From assembly GCF_006345805.1 (NCBI RefSeq), contig NC_043002.1, forward strand, positions 119,660,001 to 119,724,000: a DNA stretch of 64,000 bases, written 5' to 3'. Under the pieces are notes generated by a model. That model had not been told where the DNA came from. It searched no databases and was given only the letters and a program-made list of their open reading frames with translations. This DNA is from Octopus sinensis (lineage: Eukaryota). Below, one piece after another: positions 26,371 to 39,946 of the stretch (within the stretch, counting starts at the first letter, position 1; every line of letters starts with the position of its first letter). Both the position numbers and the translations under genes were made by a program.

Positions 26371-26951
26371 TATATATATATATATATTGTTATATTTCGG
26401 AATGGTCATTTTGCCAGTTTAGCCAATATATATATTTTTTTTATTTATAAGTGCTGGTGGGCTTGGGGTGGGGGGCAAGAAGTTTGCTACCCAACCACAT
26501 AGTTCTGGATTCAGTTCCCACTGCGTGGTAACTTGGGCAAATTTATTCTGCTATAGCCTCGGCCGGTCAAACCTTGTAAGTGGATTTGGGAAACTTAAAT
26601 TGAAAGAAGCCCGTCCTATATATATAGTAGAAGACACTTGCCCAAGGTGCCACGCAGTGGAACTGAAGCCGGAACCATGTAGTTCGCAAGGGAACATCTT
26701 ACCACCCAGCCACGTCTGTATATTTTATGAAAATGTGTAGTTATTCATAATTGTGCAATGGTCTGTATATCGAAGCGTCCTTCCTTAGTGACTGTGAAGC
26801 TATTTCCTGTATTTTCGACAACAGTTAATCAACCGCTATCTCGGCGGCTAATCAACCATGTCGCCGTTATGATATTACGATCCTTTACTAATTAGCTAGG
26901 CCAATTGATGAGCAGCTGATGATGTGCTGATATATATTTATTGGGGTGTTT

Positions 26952-26996
<45 letters not shown>

Positions 26997-27191
26997 ATGT
27001 ATGAGTTTATGTATGTATATATATATGTGTGTGTGTATGCATGTATGTATGTATTGTGTTTTACAAAAAATTAACAACAAGGTGTATTAGTTTGACGATC
27101 AGGAAAAATGGAATTCTTCAACGCTCCGATTCTACGCTCTTCTACAGAAAAGAGAGAAATCAGATTATCTATCTACCTATCTATGTATCTT

Positions 27192-27232
<41 letters not shown>

Positions 27233-27262
27233 ACACATACACACACACATATAAATCATAAA

Positions 27263-27791
27263 TAAGGGTATCTAAAAGTTACCACCATGCTAGATATAGC
27301 AGCCAAAACTTGACTCTAAAACCACATTAAATGTACATACAGCACCAGGAGAGAAGACAAAGAGACAAAATAAACTAGCAAAAAATTATTGGATAATTCC
27401 AGCTACCGGATTTCTGACTTTGCATAAGAAATGCTTTGCCTCATCAGTGGAATACACAGAATATACTACCTAAATACAAATATATATATATATATATATA
27501 AACATACGAATACTTACATATTCAGAGCTGCAGCCATGCTGATGCTCTGCCGTTAAATACATATATATATATATGTGTGTATTTATGTACTATTTTCTGT
27601 GTATTCCACGGATGAAGCAAAGCATTTCTTACGCAAAGTCAGAAATCCGGGATCTGGAATTATCCAATAATTTTTTGCTTGTTTATTTCGTCGCTTTGTC
27701 TTCTCTCCTGGGGCTGTATGAACATTTAATGTGGTTTTAGAGTAGTTTGGGATCCTATATCTAGTATGGTGGTATCGGTTAGATACCCTTA
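27263..27791. repeat. ~215-bp diverged inverted repeat; each arm holds a hammerhead-like motif
   Basis: Arms 27263-27479 and 27576-27791; motifs at 27397-27452 (-) and 27604-27659 (+). Confidence 0.85.
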
Positions 27792-28137
27792 ATTATAATT
27801 TTAATATTAATAATTATAACCTATGAGGTTTTTATTCCCATGCTAGGCATTTTGATATGATCGGCATATTTTTGATATGATGGGCATACCCCGGCTTAAG
27901 AGGTAGCAATTGCACGATCCTTTGAAATAAGTCGGACACATGTATCGACGATTGTACATAAAAAGGACAAGATTTTAGGACACATCAAACATCTCAAACT
28001 ATGTATTATTTAAAACGCATTCATAAATAAAATATAGAATTGGGAATGGTTATTATCAGGTTAGCCTAGAGACAAGTAAATTCTAGTTAAGTCGTTTCTC
28101 CAGAAACCAATTAACGACATAGGGTAAGGTATGCCTC

Positions 28138-28190
<53 letters not shown>

Positions 28191-28293
28191 ATATATATAT
28201 AGGGAGAATTCACCAAAAAAATGCAAAAGACGAAGACAGGTGGTGTAGTCAACAAACAGATGTATTAGTTTAAGGCTCCGAAAGTGAAAAAGT

Positions 28294-28329
28294 CTTTAAC
28301 GTTTCGAGCCTACGCTCTTCCACAGAAAG
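28294..28329 (-). ncRNA. Minimal hammerhead-like motif in a PLE-type terminal repeat (core variant CTGTGGA)
   Basis: Minus strand: CTTT CTGTGGA A GAGC GTAG GCTC GAAA CGTT AAAG. Confidence 0.55.
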
Positions 28330-31204
28330 GAAGACAGAAAGAAACAAGGGGAGTAAATAAAGAATGTGTAGTGGCTAGTGATCTATCATGGTGAATGCCG
28401 GACGTAAGGGTCAAGCAGAAAGTACAAAAACAGTTTAGAAAGTATAAAAAAGTTACGAAAAGTTCAAGAGGTTAAACAACTTCAGACGTCGTGGTGTATT
28501 GGGGTGATTTTTCATCAACAGAAGACTCCAGTGTAATCCATAGGCAAGAGAGGTGCAGCTGTATTGTAGAAAGTTCATGGGTGTCTGTTTATCGATTACT
28601 TCTTTCAGTCATTAGACTGCGGCCATGCCTTAAAGGATTTTAGTCGAATAAATCGACCGAAGGACTTATTATTTATAAGCCTAGTACTTATTCTATCGGT
28701 ATTTCTTGGCGAGCCACTAAGTTACGGGAACGCAAACATACCATCATCTGTTGTCCAGCGATGATGGCGGGAACAAACACATACGTATATATATATATAT
28801 AATATGCAAGAGGATATGCAAAGGTGATGCAGTACGACCGTTTCTAGCGGCTCCATTTAATTGAACAATGCAATCATTATATCAGTTTAAATGCAGGCCT
28901 ATCATCAGCAGCATAATTAAATAAATAAATAGAATTTTCAATCAGTCAGATACATTAATATAATTTTACTCAAATACTCTAATAGAGCAAGAAAATGGAA
29001 AGAATCCTGCACTAATGTAGCTAAGAATATTCTACACTTCCAAACATTGTATGAAGTTAGTTGAGAATATAGCTTGTAAAGGATTGTAGTTCATTTTTTA
29101 TTTATTAGTTTTTTTATAAACTACTAAATCTAAGACTAGAGGACTGTGTCTGTTTAGAATAGAGGGCACTAATCCCATACCTATTGCTTCTTCTTTGAGG
29201 TTATCTTTATCTCTCCCCTACCTCAAATTTTAATACTCTGTCTCTTTAAAATGTAAGTTATGGATATTTTCTTACTATTCTTTATAATTTCTTATTATTT
29301 TGTTTTCTTGCTTTGATACCTTTACCTATTAACCTCTTATCCCTTATAAGTTGTTAATGTTCTTAAATAGAGATATCAACTTTATAGTTACTTAAGTCTA
29401 TGAGAGTTGATTATAATATTTCCATAATAACGTTTAAATATTTGTGTATATTTGCATGTGCGCACATAGGTAAATATGTGTGTGTGTATCTGTACACAAC
29501 TTTTATTATTTCCGATTTTATTTTTCTAATTCTTAGCTTATAATTAATATATATAGATAGCATGGTTTATCACCCCAGTATTCCATAAGCAAATACCCAG
29601 AGCAGTCTTTATAGATATAACATAATAAGTAAATAATTAAGTACAGGAATGAATATTAATCTAATTTTATGTAATATTCCCTTTCTAGTGTTAAAAATTG
29701 GTACATGTACACATTTTATCTATTTTGGTTATATCATTTTTGATAATTTTAAGTTTAATCTTTATGCAACACAACAGTATTGGTTATAAACAATCACCCA
29801 CAGGACCCCATCATTAAATTTCCTCGGTATTAACATCACACGTTTTATTGACGTCTTGCCCCTTTAACTGATGATTAACATCTTGATTTGGGGTCTTCCC
29901 CTACCCAGCCTCCTTTATAGACAATTACTTTATACTACTCCTAAAATCTTGACAATATTTATCACCATACCCAGCAATGTGCTGTCAACAACAAATACCA
30001 GTATTAAATATGTTACATAGCCTTAAAGAGGCTTTGAAGACAGCTGTGACAGGAACTTATGTACAAGACCATGAAACTTCTATTGAAGTTTTGATGAAAG
30101 TTTCAGTCTTCAGTATAAAGACACACATTTCTAGGGAGAAAGCAGCCGATTATAGAGGGGCCAGTATATTACTGGTGCTTTATTTCATATCACCTGGAAT
30201 GATGAAAGACAGAACTAACTTGGGTAGGAACTGAACTCACAATGTAAAAGGCCGTAAGTAAATAGTCTGTGAATTCCAACTCTCTAACACTTCTATCACT
30301 TATGGTAGCGAATTAGCAGCGTAAGCAGAACATCGAAGAGGAATGCCGTGCTGTGTGTAATTCCTGGGTTCAAATCCCACTGAATTTAATTTTATCTTTC
30401 ATAATTCATGGGTTGATAAAATAAATTACCAGTTATCTACTAGAATGGATCTAAATGATTCTACCCCTGTTCTCCCCATCCATGCCAATGTGACAATCTC
30501 TGAAATCATTATTATGAAAAATGTTTGGTTGCATAAACACCAGCCATGAATTTATTGTTCAAATCTAAATCATTTTTGACAGTTTACCCAGAGAAGAGCA
30601 ACCATCGTTTCTCTTTGGCATTTATAGTTTTTCAACAAATATAACTTTTGCTTTATTGATAACAACTTGACAGCTACTTTCGTCTTAAAATGACATGTTA
30701 ACAATATTTTATTTCAATGTTCGGTTAATTCGATATATACAGACAACAGAATTGGTTTTCGATATTCACGCTTATCACCGAATGTCAGCGTAACTTACAA
30801 ACTGCATTAGGAGTGAAACTCAGTGGTGTGGGCTAGGGTAACATTAGTTAACTTTATAGGGCTGCCTCTGTAGAGAGTAACACAAATTGAGCATACAAAG
30901 GATCTTCTAGATGTTGGTTACACCAGCAGGCAATAGATGTCAATTTCTTGCAATTCACACATTATCGTCTTAAATGAGCAAAACATTACATACCTACAAA
31001 CAGTATAGTGGCATTAGATGCGGCTTTGGCCTTCAATTGACGGAAATTCTGTCAATTACCAAGGGGGTGTATATTTTTATAGGGAGACTACATATGTGAC
31101 ACGCACATATAAATTCATACACATGCACACACACGCATCTGTATGTGTATATGTATATATATATAATATTATATATATTATATATATATATAATATATAT
31201 ATAT

Positions 31205-31525
31205 ATTACGTTATAAAAATAGGGTTCAGTAAAATAAATTACTTTACCACACACCGAACTTTTTAGAAATAGCAGCCAAAAATCTTAGCTATTTCTTCAA
31301 CTGTAAGAAGAAATAGCTAAGAAATAGCTAACAGTAGAAGAAATAGCTAAGATTTTGGGCTGCTATTTCTAAAAAGTTCGGTGTGTGGTAAAGTAAATTA
31401 TTTTACTGAACCCTATTTTTATAACGTAATGTTTCAAATATACCGTAAATGGTCTTTTTACATACTGAACACTACTTGATAAAATTAATTAATAATTAAT
31501 TAGTTTTACCCTTTTATTATTGACT
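31205..31525. repeat. TA-flanked repeat with a 94-bp fold-back end (arms 31205-31298 and 31337-31430)
   Basis: Near-perfect arms; spacer contains reiterated GAAATAGCTAA units. Confidence 0.9.
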
Positions 31526-31654
31526 ATATATATATATATATATATAAATTCATAAATAAGGGTGAAAAATTAGATATTAATTTAATAATACCATCAGTTT
31601 AACACCAAGTGGCTTAGCACATAAAAAGACCAGGGAGACAATACAAATTTATAC

Positions 31655-31997
31655 ATAAATATAAGAGAGTTACCGTTAAGTGGTTAACTCTAGTGCTAAA
31701 AATAGCTCCTCATTCTGGTATAGCCACCGAAGTTGGGTACGAAGTTGGCTCGTGAGGGTCCAATAAATTGTATCGAAGACAAATGCTGCTGATGACTTAT
31801 AGATAAATATGTGAGTATAATTGCATATTATATTGATAAAGAAACAATTGTTCAGCATTAATCTATCTTTTCGTTGTATTTCACTTTCCTTACGTTGAGG
31901 GTAATGTTATTTCTATGTGGAAACAACTTCGGTGGCTATACCAGAATGATGAGCTATTTTTAGCACTAGAGTTAACCACTTAACGGTAACTCTCTTA

Positions 31998-32004
<7 letters not shown>
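31655..32004. repeat. 81-bp inverted repeat (31655-31735 and 31924-32004) abutting (TA)n
   Basis: One mismatch seen between arms. Confidence 0.9.
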
Positions 32005-32056
<52 letters not shown>

Positions 32057-32126
32057 ATCCAGCATGACCACGACCTCATGATTGAAACAAATAAAAGGAT
32101 AAAAGAATACATACATATACATATAT

Positions 32127-32866
32127 ACCAAGAAAGAAAGAGCAGGCTAGCTGATCGATCACGTGAGAAGAGAAGAGAGAGAGAGAAGTAGAAGCAGAGG
32201 GACAGAAGAATTTCTATCGGCCTTTCACGCTTATTCGTTCATTCTACGCTTCGTTCTTTCCTTCCCCCTCTCTCATATTTCTTTGCCTTCTCTTCTTACG
32301 CACTTTCTCTCCAGTTTTCACTTCCCTGTGTCCCTGTCCTTCTTTTTCGCCCCTCCTTAATCCTTCTGTGCCTCTGCTTCTACTTCGCTCTCTTCTCTTC
32401 CCACGTGACCGATCGGCTAGCCTGCCCTTTCTTTCTTGGTCTGACCGTGGTCCGGGCAACAGCGATATTCTTCCCTGTGTTTGTAAAATATTTGTATCTC
32501 TGCCGTAAGGCTTCATTTCCACACACGTAACTAATTTCAATTCGTCCTTAGTCAAAAGATGTCCTGATATTATTTTTATTGCATTTTTATTGTATGTATA
32601 TTTGTGTAACATTGTCCGTTTCTTTCGTCCTTGTTTTTGTATACATTTGCTGCTTTCTTCCAAGAAATCTAATGCTTTTAGCTTAGTTTTTCCTTGGGGC
32701 TGGCCAGATTAGAGCAATCTCAAGAATAATCAGCCAAAATTGCGATCCGGTTCTGAAGATAAAAAACTTCGAATGACACGTCATTGTTATCGTCTATCTG
32801 GATGTTTTGTTGTCCCTTTTTGTATCAGCTAGTTGTCCGGATTTTTTGCGTTCTTGTCCCATTTTG

Positions 32867-32870
<4 letters not shown>
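32127..32870. mobile_element. PLE-like relic with an inverted terminal segment (32127-32212 and 32359-32440), between TA tracts
   Basis: Diverged inverted arms; degenerate CTGAAGA..GAAT core at ~32753; the CACGTGACCG segment resembles ~4310-4325. Confidence 0.5.
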
Positions 32871-32915
<45 letters not shown>

Positions 32916-33149
32916 CATATATATATACACGCATACATACATATATGTATATATATATGTATACACATACATATATATATATCCATATATATACATGCAT
33001 ATATATATTCACTCACACACACACACATATATATATATACATACATACATATATATATATATATAGATATATATATATATATATATACTATATATATATA
33101 TATATATATCTATATATATATATATACAAACATGTATATAAATACATAG

Positions 33150-33431
33150 TGAAAGTAATTGAAATTGAAACCGGATAATAGTGAAAGTATTATATCACAT
33201 TACAATAGAGATGTTACTGTTTCACTTTTGACACGTAATATCAAAACAGTGTAAGAGATATGATATTGCTCCGGGCTCGCATTAGGCAAGAAGTTGAAAA
33301 TTTATTTGGCCCATGACACTGCATGGGTCTTAAGTAAGGCATGTACAAAATTTTGAATGAAATCGGTTGGGTGTTTCTCGAGTTTTAGTGATGCACATAC
33401 AGACAGACATTCTCAATTTTATATATATAGA
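33150..33431 (-). mobile_element. Non-autonomous Helitron-like element, second family (5' part)
   Basis: Minus strand begins A|TCTATATATAAAATTGAGAATGTCTGTCTG..CCAACCGATTTC, a typical Helitron/HINE 5' architecture; 3' CTAG not clear. Confidence 0.55.
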
Positions 33432-33687
33432 TATACACATACACACATACATACGCGCGCACACACACACACACATACATACACACACAGATATACTCTT
33501 TTACTTGTTTCGGACATTTGACTGCGGCCATCCCGGAGCACCACATTGAAGAATTTTAGTCGAAAAAATTGATCCCAGTACTTATTCAATCGATCACTTT
33601 AATCGAACCGCTAAGTTACGGTGGCATAAACACACCAGCATCAGTTGTCAAGCGATGGCGGGGAGACAGAGATACAGACACGCACGC

Positions 33688-33716
<29 letters not shown>

Positions 33717-33718
<2 letters not shown>

Positions 33719-34575
33719 CGGAGACTTTCCAAGCACCCGTACGTGAACTCCTCTATGCTGACTACGTAGATATCGTGTCTCACATTGAAGAAGACAGAGC
33801 TCATATTCTCTCAGCCCACATACAAACCCTTTGGGGATCCTAGCGCCATCCAGTATTAAAGATCTGATGTGATCGACTCTTTTTTCTGAGTTGGTAACAC
33901 ACCCTTAGCGGTAGATCCTTGATTCTCAAAATAAATCTGTCGATTGAGACTGTCAGTAAAGCCTTTGGAAGGTTTGAAAATCGCGTCTGGTCTGATAGAG
34001 GTATCACCATTAATACCAAGCTCGGCGTCTGGGAATCGTGTATCTTAATTGCCCTTTCATTACTCTTTTCTGACTTGGAATATATATATCGTCGTCACAA
34101 CAAAGCATTGGAAAGATTGGAAAGATTACCGTGGGTCTTCAGCAAGCCATCAAATTTAATATTGCGATGCTCCTCATAAGCAATCGGATGCGGTGGGCTG
34201 CTGAGCCTCTTACAAGGTTGGAGAATGACAGGTTACTTCTGCAGCTGTTTTACGAGGTGTTGCAACATGGTAAACGTCCAAGACATCTACCTAAGGAATG
34301 TTTAAGGGGTGCTGACAAAACGCCACCTAAGGACTTTTAGTGAGGGTAGCCAAGACGAGAATCGGATGATGGAAAATAGATCGGTTTGAAACGAAGTGAT
34401 CTACATTAGTTGTAAACCACTTGAATCACAGAGAATCGAACTCTACATCATGAAACAAGCATTTCGTAAACAGGTCATGACATCAATCCCTGACACTTTT
34501 CAGCCAGAAAATCTTTGTAATATCTGCTGTAATGTTTATTTGTCCAAAGCCAAACTTGCTATTCATATGAGATCT
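33717..34575 (+). mobile_element. RTE (BovB-like) LINE, 5'-truncated within RT
   Basis: RELLYADYVDIVSH (YADD region), SKAFGRFENRVWSDRGITINTKL, RWAAEPLTRLENDRLLLQLFY..QHGKRPR, terminal C..C..H zinc finger. Confidence 0.85.
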
Positions 34576-34794
34576 ATCTATCTATCTATCTATCTTATTT
34601 TTTATTTTATTTATTTATTTTTTATTTTTTATTATTTTTTTTGTCTTTTCTTCCCTTTTACGATCCCTCTTGATCGAAAACCTACGCCACCCCCTTTTTT
34701 TTCTTTTGTTTTTTGTTTTTTTCATCCCCCAAAAGAAAAGCTCTACCTTGTAACTTGTCCCATCTGTGTGCAGCCCTGTGTGGCCAATAAAGAA

Positions 34795-34796
34795 AC

Positions 34797-34859
<63 letters not shown>

Positions 34860-34867
34860 GCTGTCTG

Positions 34868-34898
<31 letters not shown>

Positions 34899-34907
34899 GC
34901 CTGTCTG

Positions 34908-34994
<87 letters not shown>

Positions 34995-34999
34995 GCCTG

Positions 35000-35046
<47 letters not shown>

Positions 35047-35055
35047 GCCTGTCTG

Positions 35056-35102
<47 letters not shown>

Positions 35103-35107
35103 GCCTG

Positions 35108-35167
<60 letters not shown>

Positions 35168-35170
35168 CCC
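34795..35170. repeat. (CTAT)n tetranucleotide array with CTGT/CCTG variants
   Basis: Directly visible; similar array at ~44750-44950. Confidence 0.97.
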
Positions 35171-35806
35171 CAGCACACAAACACACGCACGCACACACAC
35201 CCACACATATATAGATAGATAGGTAGATCATTAAATTAAACAGCAGTACAATGGTAACAAAAATATTAACAAGACGAAGCAATCAAAAGAACGCAGCAGT
35301 TATTCACAACAAAGCAGAAAAAGAAGTAAAGAAAGAGGTATAATAAGCAGCAACAAACACCATTGAAAACAATACTATCAGAAAGTAAATCGGATGAAAC
35401 TTCAATAATGATAACAAAATTAATTTGATTTTATGAAAATCAATGAAATTAATCAGTCAGGCAAAAGGAAAAAATAATAGTTATTTGTATATATATTTAT
35501 TTTTTATTTAGCCGCCAGAACCTAACTTACATAGAAAAAAACGTGCTAAAAAGGTGTTAAGAAAACATGTAGGGATATACAAAGTTATGTAAAAATGTTC
35601 GGAGGAAGAGTAAAAGCATCACAAATTTTATTGAGACGTGTTAAATTTTTTTATTGTATAATCTGTCTACACAAAATTTACGAATGTATACATATAACAT
35701 TGATTACATATGTAGGTATATAAAAGTATGAGCATCTACATATATGTTTTTTGTTTACACACCCGTCTTCGTCTTTGGTTTTGTTTGTAAATTCTCACTA
35801 TACATA

Positions 35807-36222
35807 TACTCTTTTACTCTTTTACTTGTTTCAGTCATCTGACCGCGGCCATGCTGCAGTACTGCCTTTAATCGAGCAACTCGACCCCGGGACTTATTCT
35901 TTGTAAGCCCAGTACTTATTCTATCGGTCTCTTTTGCCGAACCGCTAAGTGACGGGGACATAAACACACCAGCATCGATTGTCAAGCAATGCTTAGGGGA
36001 CAAATACAGACACACAAACATACATGCACACACATATATATATATATATACATATATACGATGGGCTTCTTTCAGTTTTCGTCTACCAAATCCACTCACA
36101 ATGCTTTGGTCGGGCCGAGGCTATAGTAGAAGACACTTGCCTAAGGTGCCACGCAGTGGGACTGAACCCGGAATCATGTGGTTGGTAAGCAAGCTACTTA
36201 CCACACAGCCACTCCTGCGCCT
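35807..36222 (-). mobile_element. SINE family A (full length)
   Basis: Matches the family A consensus. Confidence 0.9.
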
Positions 36223-36736
36223 ATATATATATACATACACTGACGTGTGTATGTGTGAATGTATGTGTGTGTAATATGCAGGATTGCACTCATCCAATGA
36301 TAGAATGATAGAATACCAGTCATTACAAAAGATGTGGGTTCCAATACTACGGAAGCCTTCAGCTTTTGTATCCAAAAAGAGTTTTGCTAAAGCAATATTT
36401 ACATGCTATAATTCATAGCTTCATATGTGCGTCGCTATCCACTTCTGAAAAAGAAAGATTTTGTTTTCTAATTGGAAAGATTTTCAGAAACATGCCCTGG
36501 AACGAAACTGGTCTGCTAGTTAGTCTTTGTACGTAAGATATTTACATAAAGTTGAAACACTTTATGACAATCATGCAAGACAAATGTAGTAAGTTTGCCT
36601 GCATGTAGAAGCGTGTTTATATTTGTGGTAGGGTGTTCTCTATATAAAGTTAATCCAAATAAGAAAACACAACAACGCGAGGACGTGGAACAAATATAGT
36701 ATTATTGGACGCTCAGGGTAGAAGGGAAGAAGGAGG

Positions 36737-36771
36737 GTTTAACGTTTCGAGCGGAGCTCTTCGTCGGAAAC
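36737..36771 (-). ncRNA. Minimal hammerhead-like motif (core variant CCGACGA) in a PLE-type terminal repeat (~36641-36860)
   Basis: Minus strand: GTTT CCGACGA A GAGC TCC GCTC GAAA CGTT AAAC. Confidence 0.6.
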
Positions 36772-37516
36772 ATAGGAGAAGGAAAGATCCAGAAAAGGGA
36801 AGACAGAGGGAAAAAAATCGCCAACGGTACACATGAGGTCACATTTTGAATATACTTGTATATTAACATGTGGCTATGAGCAAGCCTGTGGACATATGTG
36901 TAAATAACTGAAGCATATGCCTGCAAAATGTGAATGGATTGTTTCAGCTCTGGGTACGTAGGGAACAGTAACTTTATCTACACTGTGCATGTGTATATCC
37001 CTGTGTATGAAGGTGTGTGTCTTTGTGCATGGAATTATGGATGCGAATATTCATAATTCGTAGAATTCATTAAAAATACATGATGAAGGTAAAGCAGTGA
37101 TAGTCTAGAAAATTAAGTGTTCAATGTCGATATGTATATATTTTGCCATAAATCAAGGCACAGCAATATATAGAGAAATAGGAAAAGAAAAACGTATGTA
37201 TGCATGTATGTATGTATGTATCTCTATATAGTCATATATACAAATATATGATAATTTGCTTGCATGTGACCTACAATAAACAGTATATAAATGTTTTATA
37301 TTGATTTATCTATTGCACAACGTATTACAGTATACGTACATATACATACATGTATACGTACATACATACGCGCATACATTCATTAATACATATACACTTA
37401 CACATACACGTATCTATGTCTATAACTATAAATATATATATACATACACACACATAGTATATCTATAACTATATATATATTATATTATATATATATATAT
37501 AATATACGCACATATG

Positions 37517-37573
<57 letters not shown>

Positions 37574-37907
37574 TCGGGCAACACGAAACAAATATCGTAT
37601 ATCTACGTGTGGTGTGTGTGTTTGTGTGTGTGTGTGTTCATATGTTATGCTTCTAGTCAAATAATACATCTATATGTATATATGTATATATGTATATGTT
37701 GTATATATGTATATATATATATATATATATACATACATTTGAGCGTCCAATAATACTATATTTGTTCCACGTCCTCGCGTTGTTGTAGTTTTTTTGTGTT
37801 TTCTTGTTTGGATTAACTTTATATATACATATATCTATATATATATATACATATATACATATATATATATACAATGTATATATATTATATATTATAAATA
37901 TATATCC

Positions 37908-37942
<35 letters not shown>

Positions 37943-38000
37943 ATACATATATACATATAAAAATGTATATATATATATATATATATATACATATATAATA

Positions 38001-38043
<43 letters not shown>

Positions 38044-38432
38044 TTGTATATGTATGGTGTGTGTCTGGAAATATTTCATAGAACATATTTTTAATGAGGA
38101 TTAGTTGTACAGCGTGCGAGTAATTTTGTGTCTACGCATGCGTGCGTACGCGCGTGTGTATGTGTGTGCATGCATGCATGCGCGCGTCTGTGTATATATG
38201 TGTGTACGTCAGTGAAGTTGAAATGAAAATAAAAGTACACTAATTGCTCGGCTATAAAGATTATGAAGGCAACAATGAAGGCTGTTGTACATTTTTTTTC
38301 TTCTTGTAGGAAAGTAGAATACTGCAGAAGTCGAGTCCTACGCTACTCGATGATCGTATGATACTATTTTTATGGTTCTTCTAGGTTCTGAAGTGGTCTT
38401 CAGAATATTACTCATGAATCACCTCAACATAT

Positions 38433-38487
<55 letters not shown>

Positions 38488-38909
38488 TATATGTATGGTG
38501 TGTGTGTGTGTGTTTGTGTGTATGTATGTATATATGTGTTGCGTGTGTAAATATCTATCTATATCTATCTATATATATATATATATATATATACACGCAC
38601 ACTTACATATATACATACATACACACACGCACACTTACATATGTATGCAAGAGGTTCTCCACTTCGATAACATAATTATTATTTATAGCCTCACTGATAT
38701 AGACGTAATTATTTTGCTATTAGCATGATTATTCTCCTGTTTCGCGCTCACCCATGCGTGCGGACGCACGTTAGCAGGTACACTGAGAAATTATATACAC
38801 ATAAACATTCACACACATGCATCTACAAACACACACACACACACACACTCACACACACACACACATTTCAAGATAAGAGAGAAGAATGGACGATATGAAA
38901 TCGTGTTTA

Positions 38910-39140
38910 AGGCGGCGAGCTGGCAGAAACGTTAGCACACCGGGCGAAATGCTTAGCGGTATTACGTCTGTCGTTGCGTTCTGAGTTCAAATTCCGCCGA
39001 GGTCGACTTTGCCTTTCATCATTTCGGGGTCGATAAATTAAGTACCAGTTACGCACTGGGGTCTATGTAATCGACTTAATCCGTTTGTCTGTCCTTGTTT
39101 GTCCCCTCTATGTTTAGCCCCTTGTGGGCAATAAAGAAAC
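38910..39140 (+). mobile_element. SINE family B
   Basis: Matches the family B consensus. Confidence 0.9.
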
Positions 39141-39208
39141 AGATATGAAATTGTGTATGTGAGAGGCAGAGAGAGAATATGAAAGAAAGAGAAAATGATG
39201 AAGTGAGT

Positions 39209-39239
<31 letters not shown>

Positions 39240-39548
39240 CAGCTAAGTTTTAAGAGACCGTCTAAATCTGTGTGCACGATCCAGCATGATTTGAAGTCAA
39301 TAACGGGAAGCATTAAAAAAATCTATGCATTTAATCCTCTACTTTGGTATCTCAGTCACATTCCAAAAGTTTAACACCGTTAAGTTACTTATATTAAAAG
39401 AATCAGGGCTTACAAATTACACTTAATGCTATGTTTAGCTATAGGAAACTATGGTATCCTATGAGTAATATTGTCACCGTAATAATATATATATGTGTAT
39501 TCTGTTCTATTTTTCATTATTTCAAGTCTTCCTGAAGGAAAGAGTTAA

Positions 39549-39936
39549 TCTTTATATATAAAAGAGAAGTTGTGTGTCTGTCTCCTACGATTTAGATTCC
39601 TAACTACTCCCACATTTTGCGGTGCAGTTTAACCAAAACCGAGTATCTTATAGTCGTGATTCATATCGAGCTCTTCTGGGTATTAGCGCGCGTCTACGAT
39701 GAGTCTACGATTAAAAAAAAATTTACCATATTTTTTTTCCATTTTAATGCATTTTTTTCGTTATTATATAAGGGAAGTAACTCTCTAAAAATGTCTACGA
39801 TGAGTCAACGATTTAAAAAAAAAATTACCATCATTTTTTCCCCATCTTTTTACTATTTTTTTGGCTATAACTCTCTAAAAATGCTTATATAGTTATTTCC
39901 CTTACAAACCCGAGCAACGCCGGGCGATACTGCTAG
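39549..39936 (+). mobile_element. Non-autonomous Helitron
   Basis: A|TC start, subterminal CCCG-AGCAACGC-CGGG hairpin, CTAG|T end; internal ~100-bp tandem duplication. Confidence 0.9.
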
Positions 39937-39946
39937 TTTCTAATAT

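Noticed and set aside
26101-31430. CRISPR-like or satellite interpretation of the recurring palindromes
   Set aside because: No regularly spaced direct repeats with unique spacers; eukaryotic repeat context.
38310-38355. Plus-strand exon candidate (strong acceptor, GTATGA donor)
   Set aside because: Isolated, adjoins a TA-embedded repeat fragment, and no partner exons were found.
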